Shown here: positions 48,046 through 62,800 of the stretch, one piece after another
How positions within the stretch are numbered: position 1 is the stretch's first letter
Layout: each line of letters starts with the position of its first letter
NCBI GenBank assembly: GCA_965228475.1
Contig: OZ245817.1
Span: 2,144,001 to 2,208,000 of the forward strand
Direction of reading: 5' to 3'
Origin: Myxococcota bacterium
GTDB lineage: Bacteria > Myxococcota_A > UBA9160 > JAFDDA01
DNA length: 64,000 nt
Program-made: the position numbers and the translations under genes
Notes under the pieces: model-generated
The model's input: the letters and a program-made list of their open reading frames with translations, nothing else
Told to the model about the DNA's origin: nothing
Database searches by the model: none

Positions 48046-48073
48046 TCAAGTTCCCTCCCGGCGCCTCCGATAA
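48046..48073 (+). promoter_or_regulatory. Candidate sigma-28 promoter for the pilB operon
   Basis: TCAA(GTT)-N16-TCCGATAA. Confidence 0.55.
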
Positions 48074-48179
48074 CTCAGCGGGTTCGCGTCGTTTTTCGGT
48101 AGCCCGGGAAGACGTCGGAAGGGACGTCTTCGCGAGGACTGCCTGCGAAGGACGGCGCATAGCAAGCGGCGAGGTTGCG

Positions 48180-49883
<1,704 letters not shown>

Positions 49884-49891
49884 GGCGGACC

Positions 49892-50986
49892 ATGGCGAAT
49901 CTCCACCAGCTCTTGAAGGCGATGATCGAGAAGGGGGCGAGCGACCTCCACATCACGACGAACGCGCCGCCGCAGCTCCGCATCGATGGTCGGCTGCACG
50001 CGTTGAAGCTCCCGTCCCTGGCACCGCCGGAGACGAAGCAGCTCTGCTACTCGATCCTGACCGACTCCCAGAAGCACCGCTTCGAAGAGACCAACGAGCT
50101 CGACCTCTCCTTCGGCGTGCGCGGGCTCGCGCGCTTCCGCGCGAACATCTTCATGCAGCGCGGCGCCGTCTCGGGTGCGTTTCGGGCGATCCCGTTCAAG
50201 ATCAACACGATCGACGAGCTCGGCCTGCCGAAGGTGATCCACTCGCTGGCGGAGAAGCCGCGCGGCTTGATCCTCGTCACCGGGCCGACGGGTTCGGGCA
50301 AGTCCACGACGCTCGCGAGCATCGTCGACAAGATCAACACCGAGCGCAACGAGCACATCGTCACGATCGAGGATCCGATCGAATACCTGCACCCGCACAA
50401 GGGCTGCATCGTCAATCAGCGGGAAGTCGGGGCCGACACCTCGAGCTTCAAGAACGCCCTGAAGTACATCCTGCGTCAGGACCCGGACGTGGTGCTGATC
50501 GGCGAGATGCGCGACCTCGAGACGATCGAAGCGGCGCTGACCGTCGCCGAGACCGGCCACCTGGCGTTCGCGACGCTGCACACGAACTCCGCGGTCCAGA
50601 CCATCAACCGCATCGTCGACGTCTTCCCGCCCTATCAGCAGGCCCAGATCCGCGCGCAGCTCTCCTTTGTGCTGGAAGGGGTGGTGTGCCAGTCGCTGAT
50701 CCCGCGGGCCGGGGCTCCCGGGCGGGCGCTCTCGATGGAGGTCATGGTGCCCAACGCGGCCATCCGGAACCTCATCCGCGAGGACAAGATCCACCAGATG
50801 TACTCGGCGATGCAGGTCGGCCAGGACAAGTTCGGGATGCAGACGATGAACCAGTCGCTCGCGAGCCTCTACCAGCGGCGGCTGATCACGCTCGACGATG
50901 CGCTCGGACGTGCGGGTGACATCGAAGAGCTGCGGAACATGCTCGGCGTGAAGCCGGAAGACAAGAAGTTCCCGGGCGCAGCGTAG
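49892..50986 (+). CDS. pilT: Type IV pilus retraction ATPase
   Basis: GASDLH, GPTGSGKST, GEMRD and AIRNLIRE. Confidence 0.97.
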   Translation: MANLHQLLKAMIEKGASDLHITTNAPPQLRIDGRLHALKLPSLAPPETKQLCYSILTDSQKHRFEETNELDLSFGVRGLARFRANIFMQRGAVSGAFRAIPFKINTIDELGLPKVIHSLAEKPRGLILVTGPTGSGKSTTLASIVDKINTERNEHIVTIEDPIEYLHPHKGCIVNQREVGADTSSFKNALKYILRQDPDVVLIGEMRDLETIEAALTVAETGHLAFATLHTNSAVQTINRIVDVFPPYQQAQIRAQLSFVLEGVVCQSLIPRAGAPGRALSMEVMVPNAAIRNLIREDKIHQMYSAMQVGQDKFGMQTMNQSLASLYQRRLITLDDALGRAGDIEELRNMLGVKPEDKKFPGAA

Positions 50987-51076
50987 CCCGAGGGAGAAGG
51001 GGTTCCGGGTGAGGCGCGAGGCCGCCCGCTCGGGGCGGCACGGACGACCGTGGGGACGGTCGGAGGGGAGACGACA

Positions 51077-52288
51077 ATGCCGGTTTTCAACTGGAAGGCG
51101 CGGACGCGCCAGGGCGCCGTCAAGAAGGGCGTCATGGAGGCCCAGAACGACGAGGCCGTGATGGCGATCCTGCGTTCGCAGAATCTGCTGCCGGTCACCG
51201 TGAAGGCCGCCCCGAAGGATCTGCTGGAGTTCCTGCCGGACATCGGCAATCCCGTCAGCACGCGCGAGCTCGTCGTCTTCACGCGCCAGTTTTCGACGAT
51301 GATCGACGCCGGTCTGCCGCTCGTGCAGTGCCTCGAGATCCTCGGAGATCAGGAGCCGAACAAGAAGTTCAAGGACATCCTGGCCCAGGTGAAGTCCGAG
51401 GTCGAGCAGGGCTCGACCTTCGCGGATGCGCTGTCGAAGCACCCCAAGGTCTTCGACGAGCTCTACGTGAACCTCGTCCAGGCCGGCGAGATCGGCGGCA
51501 TCCTCGACACGATCCTGAACCGCCTCGGCACCTACCTCGAAAAGGCGGACTCCCTGAAGCGCAAGGTGAAGGGCGCCATGGTCTATCCGATCACGATTCT
51601 CGTGGTCGCGATGGGCGTGCTCCTGCTCCTGATGATCAAGGTCATCCCGGTCTTCGAGCAGATGTTCATCGACTTCGGCGGCGCGCTCCCGGGCCCGACC
51701 CAGGTCGTCGTGGATACGAGTCACTGGCTCCAGGCCAACGTCGGCTATCTGCTCGGTGGCGCCTTCTTGACCTACATGGCCTTCAGTCAGGCGCGCAAGC
51801 GCATTCCGAAGTTCCGCTACCACACGGATCACATCGCCCTGAAGATGCCCGTCTTCGGCAACCTGCTGCAGAAGACCTCGGTGGCCCGCTTCAGCCGGAC
51901 CTTCGGCACGATGATCTCGAGCGGCGTCCCGATCCTCGACTCCCTCGACGTGGTCGCGAAGACGGCGGGCAACAAGGTGATCGAGAAGGCACTCTTCCAG
52001 ACCCGGGCCGCCATCGCCGAAGGCCGCACCCTGGCGGAGCCGCTCTACGAATCGGGAATCTTCCCCGGCATGGTGGTGCAGATGGTGGGCGTCGGTGAAC
52101 AGACCGGTGCCATGGACAACATGCTCTCGAAGATCGCGGACTTCTACGAGGACGAAGTCGACAACGCCGTGGCGGCGCTCACCTCGATGCTCGAGCCCCT
52201 GATGATGGTGTTCCTGGGCGGCAGTGTGGGTTCGATCCTCATCGCGATGTACCTGCCGATCTTCAAGATCGCCGAGACCATCCAGTAG
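51077..52288 (+). CDS. pilC: Type IV pilus platform protein
   Basis: FTRQFSTMIDAGLPL, AMVYP, VGEQTG and AMYLPIF. Confidence 0.96.
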   Translation: MPVFNWKARTRQGAVKKGVMEAQNDEAVMAILRSQNLLPVTVKAAPKDLLEFLPDIGNPVSTRELVVFTRQFSTMIDAGLPLVQCLEILGDQEPNKKFKDILAQVKSEVEQGSTFADALSKHPKVFDELYVNLVQAGEIGGILDTILNRLGTYLEKADSLKRKVKGAMVYPITILVVAMGVLLLLMIKVIPVFEQMFIDFGGALPGPTQVVVDTSHWLQANVGYLLGGAFLTYMAFSQARKRIPKFRYHTDHIALKMPVFGNLLQKTSVARFSRTFGTMISSGVPILDSLDVVAKTAGNKVIEKALFQTRAAIAEGRTLAEPLYESGIFPGMVVQMVGVGEQTGAMDNMLSKIADFYEDEVDNAVAALTSMLEPLMMVFLGGSVGSILIAMYLPIFKIAETIQ

Positions 52289-52311
52289 CGCCGCGGACGC
52301 CAAGTCGTCCC

Positions 52312-54026
52312 ATGTCGACCGTCTCGGGACTCGACGATCGCCTTTCGCGACGCATCGCGTGGCTCATGCTGGCGCGCGTGGTGCTGTTGCTGGTGGTCCT
52401 GGCGGCCGCCGTCGTCCTGAACGCCTCGACCGGGCTGCTCTCCGAGGGGCACGAGACGCGCGTGCTCCAGGCCGTCCTGTTCGGCCTGGTGGCGACGGCG
52501 TTCTCGGGGCTCCTCGTTCGGCGCCTGCGCAACCCGCTGGCCTTCGGGAGCCTGCAGATCGCCACGGACGTCTGCGTCGCCACGGCCATCGTGCACGTGA
52601 CCGGCGGCAGCGAGTCGGTGTTCTCCTTCCTCTACGTGATCGTCGTGGCCTACGCGGCGTTGCTGTTCGACCGGCGCCTGGCCGTCGGGGCCGCGTTGTT
52701 CGCGGGGGCGGCTCATGCGGTCTCGCTGGTCGGCCTGTCCCGGGGCTGGGGCGTGCTCGATGCGAGCTTCCCGGTGGTGGCGCCGGGACTCGCCGTGGCG
52801 GACGCGGCGGTCAAGGCCTGCGCGCTCCTGGTGGTCGCCGCGCTGGCGAGCGGGCTTGCCCGCGAGCTCGCGCGGGCGGACCGCGCTCTCGACGAACGGA
52901 CGCGGGACTTCGGACGGCTCCAGAACCTCCACGAGCACACGGTCCAGAGCCTGGGAAGCGGCCTGCTGACGACGGATCTCCACGGCGTGGTCCGCTCCTT
53001 CAACCGCGAGGCCGAGAGGATCACCGGCGTGGGGGGTGCGGCGAGTCTCGGCCGCCAGCTCGACGATCTGCTGCCCGGAGCGGGCGGCCTCCTGGCGGAG
53101 GAAGACCCACGCCAGCGGGAACGCCTGGCCTTCGAGGCACCCGACGGAGCCTTGCTCCACCTGGGCTTCGCTTCCTCGGTGCTGCGCGACACGGAGGGCC
53201 GCGCGAGCGGCCACGTGGTGATCTTCCAGGACATCACGGCGATCGTGGCGATGGAGGACGAGCTGCGTCAGACCGAGCGCCTGGCCGCCGTCGGCGAACT
53301 CGCCGCGGGAATCGCCCACGAGGTGCGCAACCCCCTGGCGTCGATCTCGGGCTCCGTCGAGATGCTGCGCGCGGGGCTGCCGGAAGAGAATCAGGAGGAA
53401 CGGCGCTTGATGGACATCGTCCTCCGCGAAGCGGACCGGCTCGATGGCCTGATCTCCGACTTCCTCCGCTACGCGCGGCCGGCACCGCCGCGGCGCACCG
53501 AGGTCGCGCTGACCGGCCTCGTCGACGAGCTCCGCGAGATGTACGACCTCGCGCGCCCGCCCGGCGTCGACGTGAGCTTCGACGTTCCCGAGGGCCTCGA
53601 GGTCCTGGCGGACGCGGACCAGCTGAAACAGCTCCTCTGGAACCTGTTGCTGAACGCCGGCCAGGCCATGGACGAGGACGGCGAACTCACCGTCACCGCG
53701 CGCCGGACCGGAATTCAAGAACGAGGCCAGGACGGCCGAAATCCGGATGAGGGGGACGTTTCCGCTCGGATCGAGGTTGCGGTCGCGGACACCGGGAGCG
53801 GGATCTCGCCGGAGCTCCTCGATCGCGTGTTCGACCCGTTCTTCACGACGAAGGCGAACGGCTCGGGGCTCGGTCTCGCCATGGTCCACCGGATCGTGGA
53901 AGCGAACGGGGGAACGATCCGGGTCGAGAGCGAAGTGGGGAAGGGCACGACCTTCCGGGTCAATCTGGCGGATGCACAGGGAAGCGGCGAGGGGGCACCC
54001 GCCGCGACAGAAGCTGAGGGGACGGC

Positions 54027-54030
<4 letters not shown>
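52312..54030 (+). CDS. pilS: Sensor histidine kinase PilS
   Basis: Multi-TM N-terminus with TGG..S.FSFLY, then PAS and AHEVRNPL. Directly follows pilC. Confidence 0.85.
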
Positions 54031-55415
<1,385 letters not shown>

Positions 55416-55447
55416 ACCCGGTGCGAGGGCCGCGCCCCGTGCGAGGG

Positions 55448-56950
55448 ATGGCGCCCGTGGCCAAGCGGACGGGCCTCCAGGCAGAGGTACTGGTGAGCCT
55501 GGCGCTGGTGATGCTGGCGGCGACCGGCCTGCTGGCCCTGGTCGTTCGAAGCTACGACGAGGGCCGCGTCCGCGAGGTCGTCGGCCGCGCGCTCCAGGCC
55601 GAGGCCCGGAACCCCGCCGGTCCGGACCGGGCGCTCTATCCGGGAACGGTCTGGTGGCGGGTCGATTCGGCCGGCGTGGCCCAGAGCTACGGTCCCGTCA
55701 CCGATCGCATCGACGACGTCTCGCGCCAGCTCGCCGCGGAAGCGAGCGCGCGGCGCGCGACCGTCCTGCGCCCCGGCTACCCGTGGGAGTCCATCCGCTT
55801 CGCCACGGCGTTCGAGGACGGCTCGGTCGCGGTCGCGCGGTTGCCGGTCGAAGCCTCGACCCACCTTCGTGCGGTCCCGATGAACCTCCTCGCCGGCCTG
55901 CTGGCCCTGGACGCCGCCGTGTTCACGGCCTTCGGCGTGTTCCTGCTTCGGCGAAGGGTCGTACTGCCGCTCCAGCGCGTCGGAGAAGCCGCCCGGGCGC
56001 TCGCGGCGGGCGACCTGCGGGTCCGGGTGCCCGAAGAGGGGGCGCGGGAGGCGGGCGAACTCGCGCGGCACTTCAACGAGATGGGCGAGGCGCTCGAGGC
56101 GCGGACGGAAGCGCTCGAGAAGGCGGTGGCGGACCTGCGCTCGGCGAACCACGAGCTCAGCGAGACCCGCGAAGGGCTCGATCGCGCCCAGCGGCTCGCC
56201 TCCGTCGGGCACCTGGCCGCCGGGGTGGCTCACGAGGTCGGCAACCCGATCGGGGCGATGCTCGCCTTCGTGGATCTCGCCGGCCGCGACCCGGGCCTCG
56301 GGGAGGAAGCGCGCGCGCACCTCGCGCGCGCGTCGGAACAGGGCTCACGGGTCCGCGTGATCCTGCGCCAGCTGCTCGACCTCTCGCGGCCGCCCGAGGG
56401 GCGGATCGAGCCGGTCGACCTTCGCGTCTGTGCCGAACAGGCGGCGGGTCTGGTCCGCGCGCAGGCTCCGTATCGCAAGCTCGCGATCGAGGTCCGCCAG
56501 GAGGAGGAGGCCCCGCCGGCGCTCGCGGACGCCGGCGTCGTCGGTCAGATCCTCCTGAACCTGCTGCTGAACGCCGGAGACGAGCTGCGCGAGCGGGGCT
56601 CCGGACGCATCGAGGTTTCCATCGAGCCCGCCGTGGGCCGTGTTCGCGCAGGGGAGGACCCGGCGACGGCCCGGCCCCGCAACCCGGCCGATGCCGTCGC
56701 GGTGACGGTCTCGGACGACGGCCCGGGCATCGCGGAAGACGACCGCAGTCGGGTCTTCGACCCCTTCTTCACGACCAAGGACCCGGGGGAGGGGACGGGT
56801 CTCGGCCTCGCCACGGTGCAGCGCCTCGTCGAGACCCTGGCCGGCCGGGTCGACCTCGTTTCACCCGGCCCGCTCGGCGGCGCGTCGTTCCGCGTCACGC
56901 TCCCGGCGGCATCGGCAGCTCCTGCGCAGGCAGTGCGCGCGAGCGGGTGA
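55448..56950 (+). CDS. HAMP-domain sensor histidine kinase (PilS2-like) with no adjacent cognate regulator
   Basis: Two TM segments, HAMP, AHEVGNP and FDPFFTTKDPGEGTGLGL. Confidence 0.85.
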   Translation: MAPVAKRTGLQAEVLVSLALVMLAATGLLALVVRSYDEGRVREVVGRALQAEARNPAGPDRALYPGTVWWRVDSAGVAQSYGPVTDRIDDVSRQLAAEASARRATVLRPGYPWESIRFATAFEDGSVAVARLPVEASTHLRAVPMNLLAGLLALDAAVFTAFGVFLLRRRVVLPLQRVGEAARALAAGDLRVRVPEEGAREAGELARHFNEMGEALEARTEALEKAVADLRSANHELSETREGLDRAQRLASVGHLAAGVAHEVGNPIGAMLAFVDLAGRDPGLGEEARAHLARASEQGSRVRVILRQLLDLSRPPEGRIEPVDLRVCAEQAAGLVRAQAPYRKLAIEVRQEEEAPPALADAGVVGQILLNLLLNAGDELRERGSGRIEVSIEPAVGRVRAGEDPATARPRNPADAVAVTVSDDGPGIAEDDRSRVFDPFFTTKDPGEGTGLGLATVQRLVETLAGRVDLVSPGPLGGASFRVTLPAASAAPAQAVRASG

Positions 56951-57011
56951 AACGCCTTGCGTAGCTGCGCAAGGTCTTGCGCGGCTCCGGTCCGGCGCCT
57001 GAATCGAAAAA

Positions 57012-57039
57012 TCAAGGGAATCAGCGGGTTGGCCGAACG
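57012..57039 (+). promoter_or_regulatory. Candidate sigma-28 promoter for the minor-pilin operon
   Basis: TCAA(G)-N16-GCCGAACG. Confidence 0.45.
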
Positions 57040-57047
57040 AAGTCACG

Positions 57048-57063
57048 TGGCACGAGGCTTGCT
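57048..57063 (+). promoter_or_regulatory. Consensus sigma-54 promoter for the minor-pilin operon
   Basis: TGGCACGAGGCTTGCT = TGGCACG-N4-TTGC. Confidence 0.85.
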
Positions 57064-57084
57064 CTACCCCACGCCGGAGACGCT

Positions 57085-57765
57085 ATGAAACGGCACGGAT
57101 TCACGCTCTTGGAAATGATGGTGGTGATCGCGATCGTCGCGGCGCTCGTGGTGGTGGGCGCTCCCACGCTCCGCGACGGCTCCCGGCACACGCGGCTGAA
57201 GTCGGCGGCGCGCGACCTGGCGGGGGCGATCCAGATCGCCCGTGCGCAGGCCATCCGCACCCAGGTCAACCACGTCGTCATGTTCGGCACGACGCCCGCG
57301 GGCAACCCGCTTCCCGCGCCCGCGCTGATCCTGCAGGACGCCGACGCGGACGGGGAGATCGACCCCGGCGAACCGGTCACCTTCGTTCCCCAGGACGCGG
57401 GCAACGACTTCCAGGGCCGCCCCCGGACCACGGGCTACGGCATGACTTCGGCCGTGGGCGTTCCGGCGGACGACCCGGACCCGCTCGGTGTGTTCGCGGC
57501 CCCGGGCTTCGCCTACACGACCTTCCGCGCCCCGGCCGGCGCGAACGTGAACCAGCTCGTGTTCATGCCCGACGGCATCCCGCGCACCTACGACGCGGGG
57601 CCGCCCTTCAACGCGGGCGCCGTCGGCTCGGGCAACGGTGCGATCTATCTCACCAACGGAGACCCCAACACCGGCACCTCGGGGCGCGACTACGCGGTCA
57701 TCGTGAGCGCGCTCGGCGCGGTGCGCGTGTCGTCCTGGGATCCGGGGCAAGGAGTCTGGCAATGA
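57085..57765 (+). CDS. fimU: Minor pilin FimU/FimT
   Basis: Prepilin G|FTLLE and ARAQAI. GGAG RBS. Confidence 0.8.
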   Translation: MKRHGFTLLEMMVVIAIVAALVVVGAPTLRDGSRHTRLKSAARDLAGAIQIARAQAIRTQVNHVVMFGTTPAGNPLPAPALILQDADADGEIDPGEPVTFVPQDAGNDFQGRPRTTGYGMTSAVGVPADDPDPLGVFAAPGFAYTTFRAPAGANVNQLVFMPDGIPRTYDAGPPFNAGAVGSGNGAIYLTNGDPNTGTSGRDYAVIVSALGAVRVSSWDPGQGVWQ

Positions 57766-58241
57766 GGCGGGGTGACGTGAACGACGCAAAGAAGAAGGGG
57801 CAGGGCGGCATGACGCTGCTCGAGGTCCTGATCGCCGTCACGCTGCTCGCCGTCGGCATGGCCGGGATGATCGGCATCCAGGTCATGGCGATGCGCGACG
57901 AGGCCATCGCGCGTGAGGACAACGACGCGAGCCGGATCGCCCGCGACGTGCTCGAGCAGGTCCAGCGCCTGCCCTTCGCGAGCGTCGCCGCCACGGGCGG
58001 CGCCTTCGCCGTACCGGCTTTCGTGGACTACGGGGGCGCCTACGCGCCGGGCGAGGTCCCGGTCCAGGTGCAGACCGCCGGCGGCGCCGTCGAGGACTTC
58101 GGCCTCTACAACGTCACCTGGCGCGTGGCGAACGTGGTCGGTCAGGCCTCCCTGCGGACGGTCGACGTCCAGGTCGCCTGGACGGATCCGGTCGGCCGGG
58201 CGCAGACCTACACCGCTTCGACCCTGAGGTACAACCAATGA
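57762..58241 (+). CDS. pilV: Minor pilin, PilV-like
   Basis: G|MTLLEVLIA; position in the operon. Confidence 0.72.
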   Translation: MRRGDVNDAKKKGQGGMTLLEVLIAVTLLAVGMAGMIGIQVMAMRDEAIAREDNDASRIARDVLEQVQRLPFASVAATGGAFAVPAFVDYGGAYAPGEVPVQVQTAGGAVEDFGLYNVTWRVANVVGQASLRTVDVQVAWTDPVGRAQTYTASTLRYNQ

Positions 58242-59230
58242 GCGGCCGCCCGAACCGCCTTCAGGCGGGCTTCACGATCATCGAGTTCATGGTCGCCGTG
58301 GGCCTCTTCTCGGTGCTGATGCTCGCGGTCGCCCAGAGCTTCCCGGTGCAGCAGCGCACCTACGTCGTGACCGATCAGGTCGCCGAAGCGAAGCAGAACG
58401 TGCGCGTGATCGCGGACCTGATGGAGCGCGACATCCGCAACGCCGGCTACATGGTGCCCCGCACGGCGGCGCTGTGCGGCGTCGACGACGACGTCGGGTC
58501 GGACAAGCTCTACGTGAGCGACTACACCCGGATCGGGAACCTCGGGACCCTGCCGTCGAACCTGCTGAACGTGCCCCTCGGCGCCGAGATCTCCGGCGCC
58601 CCGGTTTCGGGCTATACGGCGACCGCCCATACCTTCATGGTCGATCGGGTCGACCTCGACACCCTCGGCGGAGGCTCCGACTTCGTGGTGGGGAGCGGCG
58701 TCATCGTGGCAGACCGCAACGTCGCGACCCGAGGGGTCGCTTGTGGGATGGTCACCGGCGTGGGGAACACGTCGCTCGCGAGCATCCCCGTAACCGTTGA
58801 GCTCGAGAATCCGACAGGGGCGCTTGCCAGCGGAACCCAGCTCGTGTTGATCCCGGCCGTTGTGTACGAAGTCGACAACAACGGCGTGCTGCTCCGCAAC
58901 GGCGTGGCCCTCGTCGACCAGGTGGAGGATCTCCAGGTCGCCTGGTTCTTCGACCTGAACGGCGACCGCAACGTCGACCCGGGCGAGTACATCGCAGACG
59001 GGCAGGGCGGCGCCGACGACTACGACGCCGAGGCCCTCGATGCGACCCAGCTCCGCGAGGTGCGCATCAACCTCGTCGTCCGCACGCGGGACGACGACCC
59101 GAACGACAGCTGGCGCCAGGGCATCGGCCAGGCGCTCGAGAACCGCACCGTCGGTTCGGTGCCCGCCGCCGACGGCGCGCGCCGGCGCACCCACACTTCC
59201 ACCATCCGCTTGCGGAACAACGTGAGCTAG
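58238..59230 (+). CDS. pilW: Minor pilin, PilW-like
   Basis: G|FTIIE, DIRNAGY, VEDLQV and IRLRN. Confidence 0.8.
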   Translation: MSGRPNRLQAGFTIIEFMVAVGLFSVLMLAVAQSFPVQQRTYVVTDQVAEAKQNVRVIADLMERDIRNAGYMVPRTAALCGVDDDVGSDKLYVSDYTRIGNLGTLPSNLLNVPLGAEISGAPVSGYTATAHTFMVDRVDLDTLGGGSDFVVGSGVIVADRNVATRGVACGMVTGVGNTSLASIPVTVELENPTGALASGTQLVLIPAVVYEVDNNGVLLRNGVALVDQVEDLQVAWFFDLNGDRNVDPGEYIADGQGGADDYDAEALDATQLREVRINLVVRTRDDDPNDSWRQGIGQALENRTVGSVPAADGARRRTHTSTIRLRNNVS

Positions 59231-59236
59231 GGGGCC

Positions 59237-59797
59237 GTGATGACCCATCTCCACCACACGACGCAGAAGGACCGGAACCGCCGCGAAGGCGGCATCGCGC
59301 TCCTGATCGCCATCCTGCTGATGGTGCTCTTCGCCGCGATGGCCGTCGCCTCGATGGATACGGTCAAGCGCGACCGTCAGCTCGCCGGCATCCACAGCCA
59401 GTCCCACCTGGCCTTCCAGGCGGCCGAGGCGGGCGTGGCGGCGGGTCTCGCGACGCTGCGCAACCCGCCCTCCACCTGGCCGAGCTCGGTCGCCGGGCTC
59501 GCGGCCTTCAACCCGCCGCTCCCGAACATCGCGCTCGGCAGCTCCTACGAGTACCCCCACGGCCAGCCGAGCTACGTGCCGGACCCGACGGCGGGGCAGG
59601 CGATCGACTACCTCGGCGTGGGCGGCCCCTGTGACGAGTGGGAAGCGAGCACGAACGTCCAGAACATCGGCGGCTCGGGCGGGATCACCGTCCTCGAGAC
59701 GCTCTTCGACATCCAGGTCCAGGGCCAGACCCAGACCGGGGCACGGGCCAACGTCGAGGCTGCCGCCGCCCGCTGTCACGTGTTCGAGCAGGGCTAG
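59237..59797 (+). CDS. pilX: Minor pilin, PilX-like
   Basis: G|IALLI lacking Glu5, plus AFQAAEAG. Confidence 0.78.
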   Translation: MMTHLHHTTQKDRNRREGGIALLIAILLMVLFAAMAVASMDTVKRDRQLAGIHSQSHLAFQAAEAGVAAGLATLRNPPSTWPSSVAGLAAFNPPLPNIALGSSYEYPHGQPSYVPDPTAGQAIDYLGVGGPCDEWEASTNVQNIGGSGGITVLETLFDIQVQGQTQTGARANVEAAAARCHVFEQG

Positions 59798-59851
59798 GGA
59801 AGCCCCGAAACGAGACCCATGACCCTGCCTTCGGATTCAAAGGAGAACGCC

Positions 59852-62800
59852 ATGAATCGCCAGCGCACCCCCTACAAGAATCAGATCGTGATTCTCGTTG
59901 CGGCCCTCGGGCTGCTCGCGCCGGGAACGAGCCAGGCCGACGATACGGTCCTGTTCAGCGCCGCCGTGGCGCCGAACGTGCTGCTGCACGTCGACAACTC
60001 CGGTTCGATGAATCACATCGTGTGGCACGAGGCCTACGACCCGTCCCAGGCGGTGACGTGTACGCGCTACAACAACACGGGTAGCTACTCGGTGAGCTCG
60101 GACACCGTGGTCAACAACGGGGGCTGGACCGGCTGCAACGCGGGCAACCAGACGATCTACGAAGATCCGTCGATCCCGAACAATACCCGCTACACCGGCC
60201 ACTACCTGAACTGGTACTACAGCCCGGTCAGCGTGCCGTTCCACACCGAGATCGCGCAGATGAACAACGGCACGCGGTCGACGTGCCTGGGCGGCGGGAA
60301 CTTCTCGCTCTACCGCCGCTCCCGCGTGACGGCTGCCAAGCAGATCCTCTCGGACGTGATCTGCCAGGTGAACCAGAACGGCGAGGTCCGCTTCGGCCTC
60401 TCGAAGTTCCGGCTCGGCAGCGACCCCCGCGGCGGCTACGTCCGCGTGGGCGTGGACGACTACTCGACCGCCCACGGCGTGGCCCTGGCGAACGCCATCG
60501 ACGAGCTCGAGGGCGAGACCTGGACCCCGCTCGGGGAGTCGGTCTACCAGATCTACTCGTACTTCCTCTCCCGGAACACCGCGGACATTCCGAACGGCCA
60601 GAACGGCACCACGGCCTTCCGCGAGTACAGCTTCGACACCAGCGGAAACAAGGTGACGCCCGGTGCCTCGTCGATTCCGGACGACCCGGTCCAGTACTCC
60701 TGCCAGAAGAACTTCGTCATCGTCATCACGGACGGCGAGCCCACGCGCGACGACTTCGACAACGGCGGCGGAGGGGGCACCGACTGGGGCTTCGAGCGCT
60801 TCATGCAGGTCATCGGCGACTACAACATGGACGGCGAGGTCGAAGTGCCGGGCGGCTGCTCCGAGTGCGCCTTCTATCTCGACGACATCGCGAAGTGGAT
60901 GCAGGAAAACGACATGCGTCCGGATCTCGACGGGGACCAGGTGATCGACACCTATACGGTGGGCTTCACCACCAACGCCGTGGCGAACGCCCTGCTCTCG
61001 AAGGCGGCGCAGAACGGCAACGGCCTGTTCTTCCAGAGCAACAACGCCGAGGAGCTGACCGAGGCGATCGTCGAGTCGGTCACGGACATCATCCAGAAGT
61101 CGCAGTCCTTCACGGCCGCGACCGTGCCGGCGAGCCGGACGACGGACGGCAACGACATCTTCTTCAGCTCCTTCGTCCCCTCGGACGACGCGGGCTTCTG
61201 GGAAGGCCACCTGAAGAACTACGAGTTCACCCTGGACGGCCGCATCCTCGATGCCAACGGCGACTGCGCCCTGGACGATCCGTCGGGCGACTGCCTGTTC
61301 GGCACGCTCCTTCCGACGGCCCCGCCGATCTTCGACGCGGCCGAGGAGATCGGGGACCCGGCGACGCGAAACCTCATGGTCTCGCTCGGCGGCGCGCTCA
61401 CGACCTTCGGAACGGGCCTCTCGGCGGCCGACCTGAACGTGGTCGACGACGAGATGGACGGCCCGGCGGACGAGATCGCGCTCTACGCGGACAGCAACGC
61501 CACGACCCTCGAGGAGCTCGCCGACGAGATCGTCGAGTACTTCACGGGCTGCGCTTTCGGGTCCACGCCCTGTCTGGCGCGGCGTGACCTGGCGCCGCCG
61601 GAGCCGATGCTCGGCGACATCTACCACGCGAACCCCGTGGTGATCGCTCCGCCGAACGCGGCCATCTCGGAACAGTCGTACATCGACTTCGCCACGAAGT
61701 ACCAGGAGCGCACGAAGATCATCTACGGCGGCTCGAACGACGGGTTCCTGCACGCCTTCCAGGCGGGCGCGTGGAACGGCGTCGCGAATGCCTTCGACCG
61801 GGGAACCGGCGAGGAGATCTTCGGCTTCATGCCCTACCAGGCGCGGCTGAACATGCAGCTCCAGCCGCTCGACAACGCCCCGCGCGACGTCTACTTCGTG
61901 GACGGCTCGCCCCAGGCGGCGGACGTCTGGATCCCGAGCACGACCCTGGACACGACCAAGGAGGTCGACGAGTGGCACACGGTGATGGTCGGCGGCATGC
62001 GCCAGGGCGGGACCCAGTACTACGCCCTCGACATCACCAACCCGGACGGACTGGCGGGCGGCCCGGCCTACCCGACGTACCTCTGGGAGTTTCCCTCGGA
62101 GAACCCGGCTCACCCGAACGCGGTCGAAGCGCCGTGGATGGGCGAGACGTGGTCCGAGCCGATCCTCACGCGCGTGAAGATCGGCGTGCCCTCGGGCCCG
62201 TCGACCACGCAGGTGGTCGAGCGCTGGGTGGCGATCTTCGGATCCGGCTTCTCGGTCGAGGGCGACCCGAACGACGACACGAACTACGACCCGAACAGCC
62301 TCGAGGGCCGGGCGCTCTACATCGTCGACATCGGGACCGGTGAGGTGATCGCGGCCAAGCGCTTCGATCCGCTCTCGACCGGCGTGGAAGCGGACCTCGA
62401 CTACGCGTTCCCGTCCGCGCCCTCGGTCTTCGACCTCGACCGAAACGGCGACGCCGACGTGGTCTACATCGGCGACCTCGGTGGGCAGGTCTTCCGCTGG
62501 GTCCTCCAGGGGACGGACCCGTCGGCCTGGGAGCTCGAGAAGGTCCTCCAGGCGGATCCCTTCGACTACACGGTCGCGGGCGTCCCGGAGACCTACTACA
62601 AGAGCTTCTTCTTCCCGCCGACGGGGCTCACGCGCAACGGCGTGCTCTGGCTCGGCATGGGAACGGGTGAGCGTCACCAGCTGAAGTTCGAAGGCGTCGA
62701 CATCGACGGCGACGGCGACCCGGACGTGGACGACGGTGACAACAACCGCTTCTACGTCTTCAGCGACCTGTACCCGGAGCAGGTGGGTGTCGACCCCGCA

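Noticed and set aside
47814..48179. c-di-GMP riboswitch upstream of pilB
   Set aside because: I could not find the conserved GCAAA/GNRA-receptor architecture.
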